DNA of 64,000 nt from an uncultured Verrucomicrobiae bacterium (lineage in GTDB: Bacteria; Verrucomicrobiota; Verrucomicrobiia; Chthoniobacterales; JAFAMB01), in assembly GCA_963762565.1 (NCBI GenBank), contig CAVXLD010000012.1:160001-224000 (forward strand), in the 5' to 3' direction. This document shows, piece by piece, positions 29,584-38,660 of the stretch. The position numbers and the translations under genes are program-made. The notes under the pieces are model-generated. The model was not told the origin of the DNA, made no database searches, and saw nothing but the letters and a program-made list of their open reading frames with translations. Each line of letters starts with the position of its first letter. Within the stretch, counting starts at the first letter, position 1.

Positions 29584-29949
29584 CTATTCAGTCACGGTTT
29601 GACGGTCCGCTGATGAGAAAGCGATAAAAAGAACCGCGTCGGATTGGCCGATGTTGGTCGCGCAATGCCGGATGTTAGGCGGGATAACAACGGTATCGCC
29701 TTCACCCAACTCCGTTTCTTGATCTCCGGTGATAGTGTGTTTGATCCTGCCTTGAATCATCACCAGCGTTTCCGAGCAATTAGGGTGGTAGTGACGGCCG
29801 TTCGTGTGGCCTGGCTTCAGAATGCACCGGCCAACTGTCATATGGTCACTGTTGCCGATAGCCCGATTCGCGAACCAGGTGAGATTGCCCCAGTCAAATT
29901 CTTGCCGATGCGTTTTTCCGTATGGGAGGACTTGAATGTCGGTAGGCAT
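29584..29949 (-). CDS. Cupin domain protein
   Basis: HYHPNCSE and GDTVVIPPNIRH cupin motifs. Confidence 0.85.
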   Translation of the reverse strand: MPTDIQVLPYGKTHRQEFDWGNLTWFANRAIGNSDHMTVGRCILKPGHTNGRHYHPNCSETLVMIQGRIKHTITGDQETELGEGDTVVIPPNIRHCATNIGQSDAVLFIAFSSADRQTVTE

Positions 29950-30220
29950 AGGAACGGATTTCTTAGACAGAAGGTAACGAAGGCAACGAAGATGAGAAAC
30001 CCTAAGATGATGGCTTATGCAGCGAGCTGTACTTCAGACGGTCCACTGCCACTAGCCAAATCAGTATCATCCGTAGCCTGGACGTGGTCACCGAAGCCGA
30101 AGTCGCACGGTTCAGTGAGCAAACACAGAATTTTACTTCCGAGCCTTATTAGAGATCGGTCCCGGTTCCCTATCATTCCCGTCGCCAACGCAGGCCTCAT
30201 CGTGCTATACTCCGGCCGTC

Positions 30221-31126
30221 GTGACCCGCGGGCTCCAGATCAGCTTTTCGATTTGTCTGTATTGCTTCTCTGCCTTGAACAGTTTCGCGCAGTCGCAATA
30301 TGAGAGCAGCACTGACTTTGCTAAATACGCCATAAAGCTGCGTGAAAGCGGTTTGCTCGTTATGCAGGGCAAGCAAAAGCCTCAAGTGGACCCTAAAACG
30401 CCTTCCAATGGAGGTCTTCGGGTCGAGAGTGCACCTCTCAGTAACCGGGTAAGCGGGGTTCAGGCCGACCCCGGGCGTTATCCTTGGCGGCTGAGCATCA
30501 TGACCACCATTTTCTGGATCGGTGAACGTCCAACAACCAATAATCCGGTACCGAACGACGCGAGCTCGTGGGACCCAAATTGGTCCTTTGATTACGGTGG
30601 CTACGATGATCCCGATCTCAACGTGCGTAAGAAATTTGTGCCGGTAGGTTTCTTCCCGCGACAGAACCCATTTTATGTCGCTCTGCCGTACAATGATGTA
30701 CAGGGCGGCCATACTAAACCTGAGGCGAAGGACGCAATTCCGTGGTTTAAAGAGACCTTTGTTCGCGACGGCCAATCGGTTCTCAAAGGTCATTGGCTAG
30801 CGATCCGGCACAATAACCGAATTTGTTACGCCCAATGGGAAGACTGCGGTCCCTTCTGCACCGATCACTGGCAATATGTATTTGGCAACGAACGGCCGAG
30901 ACCGAATCTGAACCAGAGTGCGGGCCTTGATGTTTCTCCGGCAGTAAGGGACTACCTTGGGCTGAGCAATCTAGACTCCTGCGACTGGAAATTCGTCGAT
31001 TTCCGTGAGGTGCCGCCGGGGCCGTGGGCAATGTACGGGGATAACAACAGTTTCGTTATTTTACGGCGCCAGAGCAACCAGCGGTTTGCGCCTAAGACGT
31101 TGTTGTCGGCCTCGCTGAGGAATTAA
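30221..31126 (+). CDS. Exported hypothetical protein with DPBB/RlpA-like C-terminal motifs
   Basis: Signal peptide; YVALP, CYAQWEDCGP, GLDVSPAV resemble double-psi beta-barrel motifs. Confidence 0.6.
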   Translation: MTRGLQISFSICLYCFSALNSFAQSQYESSTDFAKYAIKLRESGLLVMQGKQKPQVDPKTPSNGGLRVESAPLSNRVSGVQADPGRYPWRLSIMTTIFWIGERPTTNNPVPNDASSWDPNWSFDYGGYDDPDLNVRKKFVPVGFFPRQNPFYVALPYNDVQGGHTKPEAKDAIPWFKETFVRDGQSVLKGHWLAIRHNNRICYAQWEDCGPFCTDHWQYVFGNERPRPNLNQSAGLDVSPAVRDYLGLSNLDSCDWKFVDFREVPPGPWAMYGDNNSFVILRRQSNQRFAPKTLLSASLRN

Positions 31127-31187
31127 GGCAGGCCGGCAAGCCGTGGAGCGTGCCTTTGCGCACGCGGCCCTGGTACACAGATCTAAC

Positions 31188-32435
31188 GTGCATCACGAAA
31201 TCGCCCTTATCTCGACCGTAGCCGTTGGATTGGTCTATGCTCTGATTGGCGGTTATATCGCCAGCCGTCTACGCCTTCCACCATTAGTTGGCTATCTTCT
31301 CGCAGGTATCGCGGTAGGGCCGTTTACACCTGGATTTGTAGCGGATGCCAAACTCGCCCCGCAACTGGCCGAGATCGGTGTCATCCTCCTGATGTTCGGT
31401 GTCGGGCTGCATTTTTCTGTGGGTGACCTGCTCGCCGTCCGGCGAGTCGCCGTTCCGGGCGCGCTGGTGCAGGTCATTGCCACTGTCGCTCTGACCTATG
31501 GCATAACCCGGATGTGGGGCTGGGGCCTCGGATCCGGCCTGGTTCTCGGACTCGCTCTTTCTGTGGCCAGCACGGTGGTACTACTCCGGGCTCTGGAATC
31601 GCAGGGACTTTTAAATTCGATCAGCGGGAAGATTTCGGTCGGCTGGCTCGTAGTCGAGGACCTGTTTACTGTACTTGTCCTGGTGCTATTGCCGGCGTTG
31701 GCCGCCTTACTGACAGGACAACCGGCTGACCCAGTTAGTCATTCTGAATCAGATCTGCTGGTAACGCTCGGGATTGCGCTAGCTAAACTGGCCGGATTCG
31801 TGCTTTTCATGCTCTTGATCGGCGCCCGCTTATTGCGCTGGCTGCTCAACCGGGTCGCTGCAACCGGTTCCAGAGAATTGTTCACTTTAGCTGTGGTGGC
31901 CGCTGCTATCGGTATCGGTTTCGGCGCTTCCGAGGGGTTCGGCCTTTCTTTTGCCCTGGGCGCCTTTTTCGCCGGTGTCATCGTCGGCGAGTGCGGTCAT
32001 GGCGAACGTGCGACCATAGAGCTCCGCCCGCTGCAAGATGTCTTCAACGCGCTTTTTTTCGTAGCGATCGGGATGCTATTCGATCCTGGTATCCTGCTGC
32101 GCGAACCGTTCGCTGAGCTGGCCATCGTTGCTGTTATTGTGCTGGGTAAATCTGCGGCCTCGTTTCTGATTGTCGTCCTGTTGCGCTACCCAATCGGTAC
32201 AGCGCTGATCGTTGCCGCCGGCTTGGCGCAGATCGGTGAGTTCTCTTTCATCCTGGCGGAACTCGGCATCGAGCTGCATCTGCTCCCGGCGGATGCGCAG
32301 AGCTTGATTGTAGCAGGAGCTCTAATCTCAATTGCGTTGAACTCGTTTCTGCTGCGAGCAGCCCGGGCTGTCCAATCCAGGCGTGAAACACCGGTGGTTT
32401 CCGCTGAATCGACCCCGGAGTCGCCAGTTGGTTGA
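31188..32435 (+). CDS. CPA2 cation:proton antiporter (YbaL/RosB-like), no TrkA-N tail
   Basis: PPLVGYLLAG, AEIGVILLMFGVGLHFS, ASTVV, WLVVED, ALGAFFAG, AQIGEFSFIL. Confidence 0.88.
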   Translation: MHHEIALISTVAVGLVYALIGGYIASRLRLPPLVGYLLAGIAVGPFTPGFVADAKLAPQLAEIGVILLMFGVGLHFSVGDLLAVRRVAVPGALVQVIATVALTYGITRMWGWGLGSGLVLGLALSVASTVVLLRALESQGLLNSISGKISVGWLVVEDLFTVLVLVLLPALAALLTGQPADPVSHSESDLLVTLGIALAKLAGFVLFMLLIGARLLRWLLNRVAATGSRELFTLAVVAAAIGIGFGASEGFGLSFALGAFFAGVIVGECGHGERATIELRPLQDVFNALFFVAIGMLFDPGILLREPFAELAIVAVIVLGKSAASFLIVVLLRYPIGTALIVAAGLAQIGEFSFILAELGIELHLLPADAQSLIVAGALISIALNSFLLRAARAVQSRRETPVVSAESTPESPVG

Positions 32436-32448
32436 GGCCGTTTTTTGG

Positions 32449-32733
32449 TCAAACGAGATCAGCTAATGACGGATGGAATGATTTGGGCTGGAATTCGATG
32501 ACCTCGTAATCCGCGATCTTTTCCTGGTAGAATGGATCCGCGTGGATCAGTTGGTCGACTTCCTCCCGGGTTTTGACCCGAGCTACAATTAGCCCTCCGG
32601 TTCTTGGCACCTGCGGACCCGATACCAGTAGTTTCTCGTCACGATATGCTTGTTCCAGAAACGCGCGGTGGGCTGGAGCGACCCGGTCCACTTCTTCGAT
32701 TGAGACCTTGTATTTCAGAATCAGGATATACAT
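32449..32733 (-). CDS. YciI family protein
   Basis: AHRAFL, SGPQVPRTGG, DPFY; ATG 32733. Confidence 0.82.
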   Translation of the reverse strand: MYILILKYKVSIEEVDRVAPAHRAFLEQAYRDEKLLVSGPQVPRTGGLIVARVKTREEVDQLIHADPFYQEKIADYEVIEFQPKSFHPSLADLV

Positions 32734-32834
32734 GGGATTGAAAGAGGCTCGCTCGTAGCTCTTTTCTGACGCTATGACAATCGTTTTTTGTGAACGTTCT
32801 CGGGAATCGAAATCGGAGACCGTTACAGCCAAGT

Positions 32835-34091
32835 CTATTTCAACCCCAACCGATGGTCATGCTCGATCTGGAGTAAGCGATTATACTTCGCTAAACGCTC
32901 GGATTGCGTGATCGAGCCGACCTTGATGAAATCTCCGGCCCAACCCACCGCGAGATCAGCTAGCCAGTTATCTTCGGTCTCGCCGCTGCGCGCACTAATC
33001 GAGACCTGCCATCCTACGGATCGAGCAAGTTCATAACTATGCTTGGCTTCGGTTAATGTACCGATCTGGTTGACCTTCAACAGTAGCGCATTCGCCGCCC
33101 GCCGGTCGATCGCCCGTCGAATCCGCGCGGGATTCGTGCACGTTAAGTCGTCAGCCAGAGTTAAGCATCGATCGCCGAGGTGTTGTCGTAGCGCTGGCCA
33201 ATGATCCCAATCTTCCTCGGCCAACCCGTCCTCAACGCTGACCATTGGATAACGCCTCGCCCATGAGCTAACGGTCTCGATGAGTTCTGAAGGTGAAAGC
33301 GTTTTATCGTCTAGCTGATACAGACCGTCCGGATTGATAAAGTGGCTGGCAGCGACGTCTACGGCAAGAGCGACTTGATATCCCGGTGCGTAGCCCGCAG
33401 CTTCGATCGCTTCCACGGCGGTATCGAGCATTTCTGAGCTACTTGCAAAAGGAGGGGCTAATCCGCCTTCGTCTGCGGTTAGCGCTGGAGTCGAATACCT
33501 TTTTCTTATTATCTCAGCAGCTTGTTGATAAATGTCGTACATCTGGGCCAGGCGTTCCGAGATACTTAAGCCGGACTGCGGGACAATCAGCACGTCCTGA
33601 ATGGCGACCTGGCCGAAGGCATGTTTGCCGCCGCTAAAGAGGTTAATGGTTAATCCCGGCAAGCGAGGAGAAGCCGGAGATAACAATGACGCAAAATATT
33701 CGAAGAGCTCTACGTGCTGGTGAGCGGCGGCTGCGCGGGCAAATGCTAACGAGACAGCGAGGATAGCGTTGGCTCCGAGGCGGGATTTATCTGGGGTTCC
33801 GTCGAGTTCCAGGAGTCGAGTATCCAGCTGCTCCTGATCAGCGAACGACTCATGCTTTAAGGCAGCTGCAATCGGCCCTCGAATATTGCCAACCGCCTGT
33901 TGGCAGCCCAAGCCGCGGAAGCGTCTCCCGCCGTCGCGGATTTCTTTGGCTTCTGCCCGGCCGGTCGACGCACCTGATGGAATCGAAACATTAACCATCG
34001 CTCCGTCCTCTAGTTTCACCGCAGCCGCTACGGTTGGACGGCCGCGACTATCCAAAATCTCCCAGGCATCAACCGTCTCGACTTTGATCAT
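32835..34091 (-). CDS. Enolase paralogue with non-canonical active site
   Basis: EILDSRGRPTV, PSGASTG, LGANAIL, DEGG, EDG, DDL, LLKVNQIG, AKYNRLL; but QD for QE and SARS for SHRS. Confidence 0.88.
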   Translation of the reverse strand: MIKVETVDAWEILDSRGRPTVAAAVKLEDGAMVNVSIPSGASTGRAEAKEIRDGGRRFRGLGCQQAVGNIRGPIAAALKHESFADQEQLDTRLLELDGTPDKSRLGANAILAVSLAFARAAAAHQHVELFEYFASLLSPASPRLPGLTINLFSGGKHAFGQVAIQDVLIVPQSGLSISERLAQMYDIYQQAAEIIRKRYSTPALTADEGGLAPPFASSSEMLDTAVEAIEAAGYAPGYQVALAVDVAASHFINPDGLYQLDDKTLSPSELIETVSSWARRYPMVSVEDGLAEEDWDHWPALRQHLGDRCLTLADDLTCTNPARIRRAIDRRAANALLLKVNQIGTLTEAKHSYELARSVGWQVSISARSGETEDNWLADLAVGWAGDFIKVGSITQSERLAKYNRLLQIEHDHRLGLK

Positions 34092-35146
34092 ACGTCGATC
34101 TTCCAGGCGAATTCTTCCACCAACGCCGGCAGAGAATCAGGACGATGCCTAAGTAGATAGAGTGCAGCCTCTTTCTGTCGGCAGCGTTCATCATCGGAAA
34201 GATATTCGAGCGGCGACCGGCCTGACGTTCGGGCGAGGAGACAGGCGATGGTATTGCTTATTGCCCGGGTTTCGACTCCGTTGAACCATTGTGCCGATCC
34301 GGTTTCTGATTTGTACACTTTCCAATACTCGATTGCAGCATCTAGGAATGCCGACCGATGCTCTTTAAGGTGGAAGCCTTTGCTTAATAAGTGAGTCAGA
34401 CTGAATCCAAGATCAAACGCTGGATCACCGATGTGCACGACTTCGTGATCGAGTAGGATCAAGCGACCCTCGAAAACTAGAATATTCTTCGGACTGTAAT
34501 CCCCGTGTACGACTGTAACGCAATGGGTGCGGTTTGCTGCAATCACATCGCGTAAGAACGAGGCTGCTTCGGGAACTCTTTCTCCGGTGAATTGATAGTA
34601 GGGCTCCAACCTTAGCGTCTCAAAAAACACCCGGTCTTCAAAAGTGGGAAAAAGCTCCTTACGCAGTTCATAGCCTTTGCCATGGATACTCGCCAGCAGC
34701 CGACCGAACTGGCTGACGAAATCCCGATCAAGTCGGCCGCTGAGAAGTCGCTCTTTCCAGTTCTCGTGGGGTTCGGGTACCGCTTCCATCGTGAGCAGGT
34801 ATTGCTCTGGGTCTTCGAAAAGCAGCTTTGGAATGGTGTTTGCCGGAGTGACTAGTGGAAGATAACGCAACGCGTTGGCTTCCACTCGGATCCGGGACGG
34901 ATCACTGAACCAATCGGCTTGAACTCGTAGCTTGGACAGTGCTTGCTTTAGCACCCAGCGAGTCCCATCCGGACGCCGGAGCAGAACGGTTTTGTTTGAG
35001 ACCCCTCCGCGAAGCGCACAAAAAGTTGGGGTTTCCTGCTCCCCGATCCGTTCGTTCTCGCGCAAGTATCTCAGCAGATCATCCGCATTCTCGATATCAA
35101 GGGGCAAGGTTTGGGGTAAACGGGATGAATCTAAAGACGAGAGCAT
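34088..35146 (-). CDS. APH/5-methylthioribose-kinase-like phosphotransferase
   Basis: GGVSN, VLKQAL.KLRV, LRLEPYY, HGDYSPKN, LDHE, GDPAFD; 4-bp overlap with the enolase-like gene. Confidence 0.85.
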   Translation of the reverse strand: MLSSLDSSRLPQTLPLDIENADDLLRYLRENERIGEQETPTFCALRGGVSNKTVLLRRPDGTRWVLKQALSKLRVQADWFSDPSRIRVEANALRYLPLVTPANTIPKLLFEDPEQYLLTMEAVPEPHENWKERLLSGRLDRDFVSQFGRLLASIHGKGYELRKELFPTFEDRVFFETLRLEPYYQFTGERVPEAASFLRDVIAANRTHCVTVVHGDYSPKNILVFEGRLILLDHEVVHIGDPAFDLGFSLTHLLSKGFHLKEHRSAFLDAAIEYWKVYKSETGSAQWFNGVETRAISNTIACLLARTSGRSPLEYLSDDERCRQKEAALYLLRHRPDSLPALVEEFAWKIDV

Positions 35147-35333
35147 GGTCGCGCCAAGAGAAAAACCTCGTTAGGAAACGGCTCCCTAGGAGACAGATCC
35201 TACAACGCCGGCATCGCTGACATCGCCGGAAACGCTCCCTGAGTTTGTGACTATCTTCCGCGCTAGCTCACGACGTACAGAAACGCGTTCAGCTCTGTAG
35301 AAGAGATATCTAATTTGGAACATTGGTCGCCCG

Positions 35334-35459
35334 CTAGAGCGCTCTATGAAATCGTTTCAAGACGCTTGAATTCGGCCTTTTTCCGGTTATGCATGTGTAT
35401 CAGCTTCTGCATATTTGTGCAGCAGCCCGGCTTCGTTCACCCAAACCCCTCAGACATGA
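35334..35459 (+). promoter_or_regulatory. Promoter/operator block, copy 1 (duplicated at 53157-53281)
   Basis: Contains the LacI-type site TGAAATCGTTTCA, TTGAAT..TATGCAT and the near-palindrome CTGCATATTTGTGCAG. Confidence 0.7.
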
Positions 35460-35608
35460 GTCTTCGCTGCAAAATGGGCAGGTCCGCCGCGGACGGATGT
35501 CGTTCGCTGCTCAAACAAAAGCTTGATCTCCCAAGTGAGCAGAAGTCCTTTGCAAATTAGCAACTCGTTCTAAGAAATTGGATTGATCCCCTGTCCTCTA
35601 AAAACCCA

Positions 35609-36751
35609 ATGGCTTACCTTGAGATCACTCAGCTGGACAAACACTACGACCGGTTTCAGGCGTTAAAGCAAATCAACCTGTCCGTTCAGAAAGAAGAATT
35701 CATTGTTTTTGTCGGTCCGTCCGGATGTGGGAAAACGACGCTTCTGCGAACGATCTCCGGGCTGGAAACACCCACCGTCGGCCAGATCACTTTGGATGGG
35801 CGAGACATTACCTATGTTCATCCATCGAAAAGGAACGTGGCGATGGTCTTCCAGAACTACGCACTTTTTCCACACCTGAGCGTCTTTGAAAATATCGCGT
35901 TTGGTCTGCGCTTGCATGGACTGTCCCGGCAAGAGATCGACCAGCGAGTGCAACGGGCAGCTAAATTGCTGCATCTCGAACCTTTACTGACGCGAAAGCC
36001 GAAACAGCTCTCCGGCGGCCAACGCCAACGGGTCGCAATCGGAAGGGCGATTGTGAAGCAGCCCAAGCTATTCTTGTTCGATGAGCCGTTGTCGAACCTT
36101 GATGCCAAGTTGCGGGTGCGGATGCGAGTCGAGCTCTTGAATCTGCATTACGAGACTCGGAATACGGCGGTCTACGTGACTCATGACCAGGTTGAAGCAA
36201 TGACGATGGCGGATCGGATCGTGATTCTAAACGACGGTCGAGTCGAGCAGGTCGGAACGCCGGTGGATCTCTACGAGCGGCCCACTAATAAATTCGTGGC
36301 CGGCTTTATCGGCTCACCGCAAATGAATTTCCTGGAGTTGACGGTAGAGACGCAACGCGAGAATGGGCTGGCGTGCGTAGCAGAAGGCCTGGGCAAGCTT
36401 ATGCTACCAATCCGAGCCGAAGCAGCAATTGACCAGAAGAAGGTTACTCTAGGAATAAGGCCCGAACACGTTCGGGTGGCCGCAACCGAGTCCAGTGTCC
36501 GGCTGCCTGCAGTCGTAAACATCGTGGAGAACCTCGGAAGCGAGAACCTTCTCCACGCCGAATTCGCCGATAACCAATTGTTGGTGGCAAAGATTGCCGG
36601 CGGCGTTGCTCCCGAGAGGAATCATCGGTTAACCCTCTTTCTGCCGGCTGAACATTTATATCTGTTCGATGAGCAGGAGAATGTGATTCCGGTTAGCCCT
36701 CTGGTCACGCCCGGAACCCCGCGTCCGCGGGAAAAGGCGAAAACCCCTTAA
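35609..36751 (+). CDS. Sugar/polyol ABC transporter ATP-binding protein
   Basis: [38 protein letters not shown]. Confidence 0.93.
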   Translation: MAYLEITQLDKHYDRFQALKQINLSVQKEEFIVFVGPSGCGKTTLLRTISGLETPTVGQITLDGRDITYVHPSKRNVAMVFQNYALFPHLSVFENIAFGLRLHGLSRQEIDQRVQRAAKLLHLEPLLTRKPKQLSGGQRQRVAIGRAIVKQPKLFLFDEPLSNLDAKLRVRMRVELLNLHYETRNTAVYVTHDQVEAMTMADRIVILNDGRVEQVGTPVDLYERPTNKFVAGFIGSPQMNFLELTVETQRENGLACVAEGLGKLMLPIRAEAAIDQKKVTLGIRPEHVRVAATESSVRLPAVVNIVENLGSENLLHAEFADNQLLVAKIAGGVAPERNHRLTLFLPAEHLYLFDEQENVIPVSPLVTPGTPRPREKAKTP

Positions 36752-36785
36752 ACCAACTTAACCCAATCTAAGCGAGGAAATTGTT

Positions 36786-37880
36786 ATGAGTGCTGTTGCC
36801 GACAAGCTGCCAAAAACGATGGCGGTGATCATGTGTCACGGGCCCAAGGATTATCGACTTGAAGAACGGGCCGTACCCAAACCCGGTCCGGGCGAGGTGG
36901 TGATTCGAGTTAAAAGTACTGGGATCTGTGCCAGTGATATCAAGTGCTACACTGGCGCGGCTCTCTTTTGGGGCGATGAACATCGAAAAGGCTATTGTCA
37001 GGCGCCAGTTACACCCGGACATGAGTTTGTCGGTGAGGTCGTGGCGTTGGGTGAGGGCGCTGCGGAAAAGTACAAACTGAAAATCGGCGACCGGGCTATC
37101 AGCGAACAGATCGTACCGTGCTGGGAATGCGAGTACTGCCGAATGGGCGCGTATTGGATGTGCGCCGTTCACGATATTTACGGTTTCCGCCAACGTACGT
37201 TTGGGTCATGGGCGGAGTACATGTTGTTCCCGGCGGGGTCGCTGAATTACAAGGTGCCGGAAACGATTCCTTGGCATCACGCGGTTTTCATTGAGCCGCT
37301 TGCTTGTTCCATTCATGCGGTCGAGCGCGGTGATATCAAATATCAGGATACGGTGGTTATCGCCGGTTGTGGACCGTTGGGTCTGGGAATGGTTGCGGCG
37401 GCCAAAATGAAAGGGCCGGAGCGAATCATTGCTTTGGATCTGAGCGATGAACGGTTGGAAGTCGCTAAGGGCTGCGGAGCGGATATCGGGATCAATCCGA
37501 AAAAGGGAGATGCCATCGAACAAGTGCGCGCACTGACCGGCGGGTACGGGTGCGATGTTTATATCGAGGCGACAGGGCATCCGAGTGCGGTTGAGCAAGG
37601 CCTGCACATGATTCGTAAACTAGGCACCTTTGTTGAATTTAGTGTGATGCGGGAAAAGGTGACGGTTGACTGGACGATCATCGGCGACACGAAAGAGCTC
37701 AACGTCCACGGGTCTCATCTAGGTCCTCATTGCTATCCGGTCGCGATCCGAATGATCGAACAAGGCCTGCTGCCGATGGATCAAATCGTAACTCATCGGC
37801 TGGGCATGGGCGATTACCAGAAGGGTATCGATATGGTTATTTCAGGGCTGACCTCAGTGAAAGTCACGCTAGAACCTTAA
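36786..37880 (+). CDS. eltD: Zn-dependent polyol dehydrogenase, erythritol/L-threitol dehydrogenase-like
   Basis: CHGP.DYRLEE, GICASD.KCY.GA..FWGDE, PGHEFVG, SEQIVPCWEC..C, GCGPLG, VDWTIIGD.KEL, HLGP all match my recollection of EltD-type MDR enzymes. Substrate not certain. Confidence 0.75.
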   Translation: MSAVADKLPKTMAVIMCHGPKDYRLEERAVPKPGPGEVVIRVKSTGICASDIKCYTGAALFWGDEHRKGYCQAPVTPGHEFVGEVVALGEGAAEKYKLKIGDRAISEQIVPCWECEYCRMGAYWMCAVHDIYGFRQRTFGSWAEYMLFPAGSLNYKVPETIPWHHAVFIEPLACSIHAVERGDIKYQDTVVIAGCGPLGLGMVAAAKMKGPERIIALDLSDERLEVAKGCGADIGINPKKGDAIEQVRALTGGYGCDVYIEATGHPSAVEQGLHMIRKLGTFVEFSVMREKVTVDWTIIGDTKELNVHGSHLGPHCYPVAIRMIEQGLLPMDQIVTHRLGMGDYQKGIDMVISGLTSVKVTLEP

Positions 37881-37921
37881 CAAACAACATCTGATCACGA
37901 TGTAAACTAAGGACAAAACAA

Positions 37922-38344
37922 ATGCCATCCCCGGACTTGCGTCAGCAACTAGACCTAGTTCGCTCTATTCAGCCGGCGCTCCATGTTACCCAAAACTGGA
38001 ACTACGAGAATCCAGAGCCTCTGTACAAGGCCTATATGCACCCGCCTCACGATGTGGGCGGTCAGTACGATGTCCCAGTGAATCACGAGGAAAAGGAAGA
38101 AGAGGAATGGGAACTGAATACTTACGTTACGTGCGAAGTCTTGGGCTGGAGAGGTGTATGGACCGCTGAGGAGCGAAGGCGCCGGGCGGATAACGATTTG
38201 GGTTATACGCTTTACCTGGGTATGCCGTATTACGCACGGTGGATTTGGGCGGCAGCCAAGATGCTGGTCGACAAAAAGCATATTTCGCTGGCCGAACTGC
38301 AGGAAAAAATTGCGGAGGTTAAGGCTCGTCATGAAAAAAAGTAA
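37922..38344 (+). CDS. scnB: Thiocyanate hydrolase beta subunit
   Basis: QPALH, PHDVGG, EKEEEEWELNT..TCE.L.WRGVWTAEERRR, YLGMPYY.RW...A..LVDK; homologous to the N-terminal half of nitrile hydratase beta. Confidence 0.88.
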   Translation: MPSPDLRQQLDLVRSIQPALHVTQNWNYENPEPLYKAYMHPPHDVGGQYDVPVNHEEKEEEEWELNTYVTCEVLGWRGVWTAEERRRRADNDLGYTLYLGMPYYARWIWAAAKMLVDKKHISLAELQEKIAEVKARHEKK

Positions 38345-38660
38345 GACTACGGACGGGCCCGGGAAAGCGCCTGGGACGCGGAGCCTTTATAAAGTCGGCG
38401 ATCAAGTCCGGGTGCGGGATATGCCGTACATGTTCTACACTCGTTCGCAACTGTATACGCGCGGTGTTTTGGGGACCATCGCCGCTCTCACCTACAAGGA
38501 CCTCATCCCCGAGGAGGAAGCCTTCAACTGGGATGGGCAGGTCGAACAGTATTATATTGTGCGATTTCGCCAGAAGGATCTTTGGCCGGAGTATCCTTTC
38601 GACAACGATACCTTACAGACGGAGTGCCCTCACCGTTGGCTCGAACCTGCAACCCGCTGA
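38331..38660 (+). CDS. scnA: Thiocyanate hydrolase alpha subunit
   Basis: VGDQVRVRD.P..FYTR...YTRG..GTI, EEEAF, F.QKDLWPEY, NDTLQTE; SH3-like C-terminal half of NHase beta. ATG 38331 overlaps the scnB stop. Confidence 0.88.
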   Translation: MKKSKTTDGPGKAPGTRSLYKVGDQVRVRDMPYMFYTRSQLYTRGVLGTIAALTYKDLIPEEEAFNWDGQVEQYYIVRFRQKDLWPEYPFDNDTLQTECPHRWLEPATR

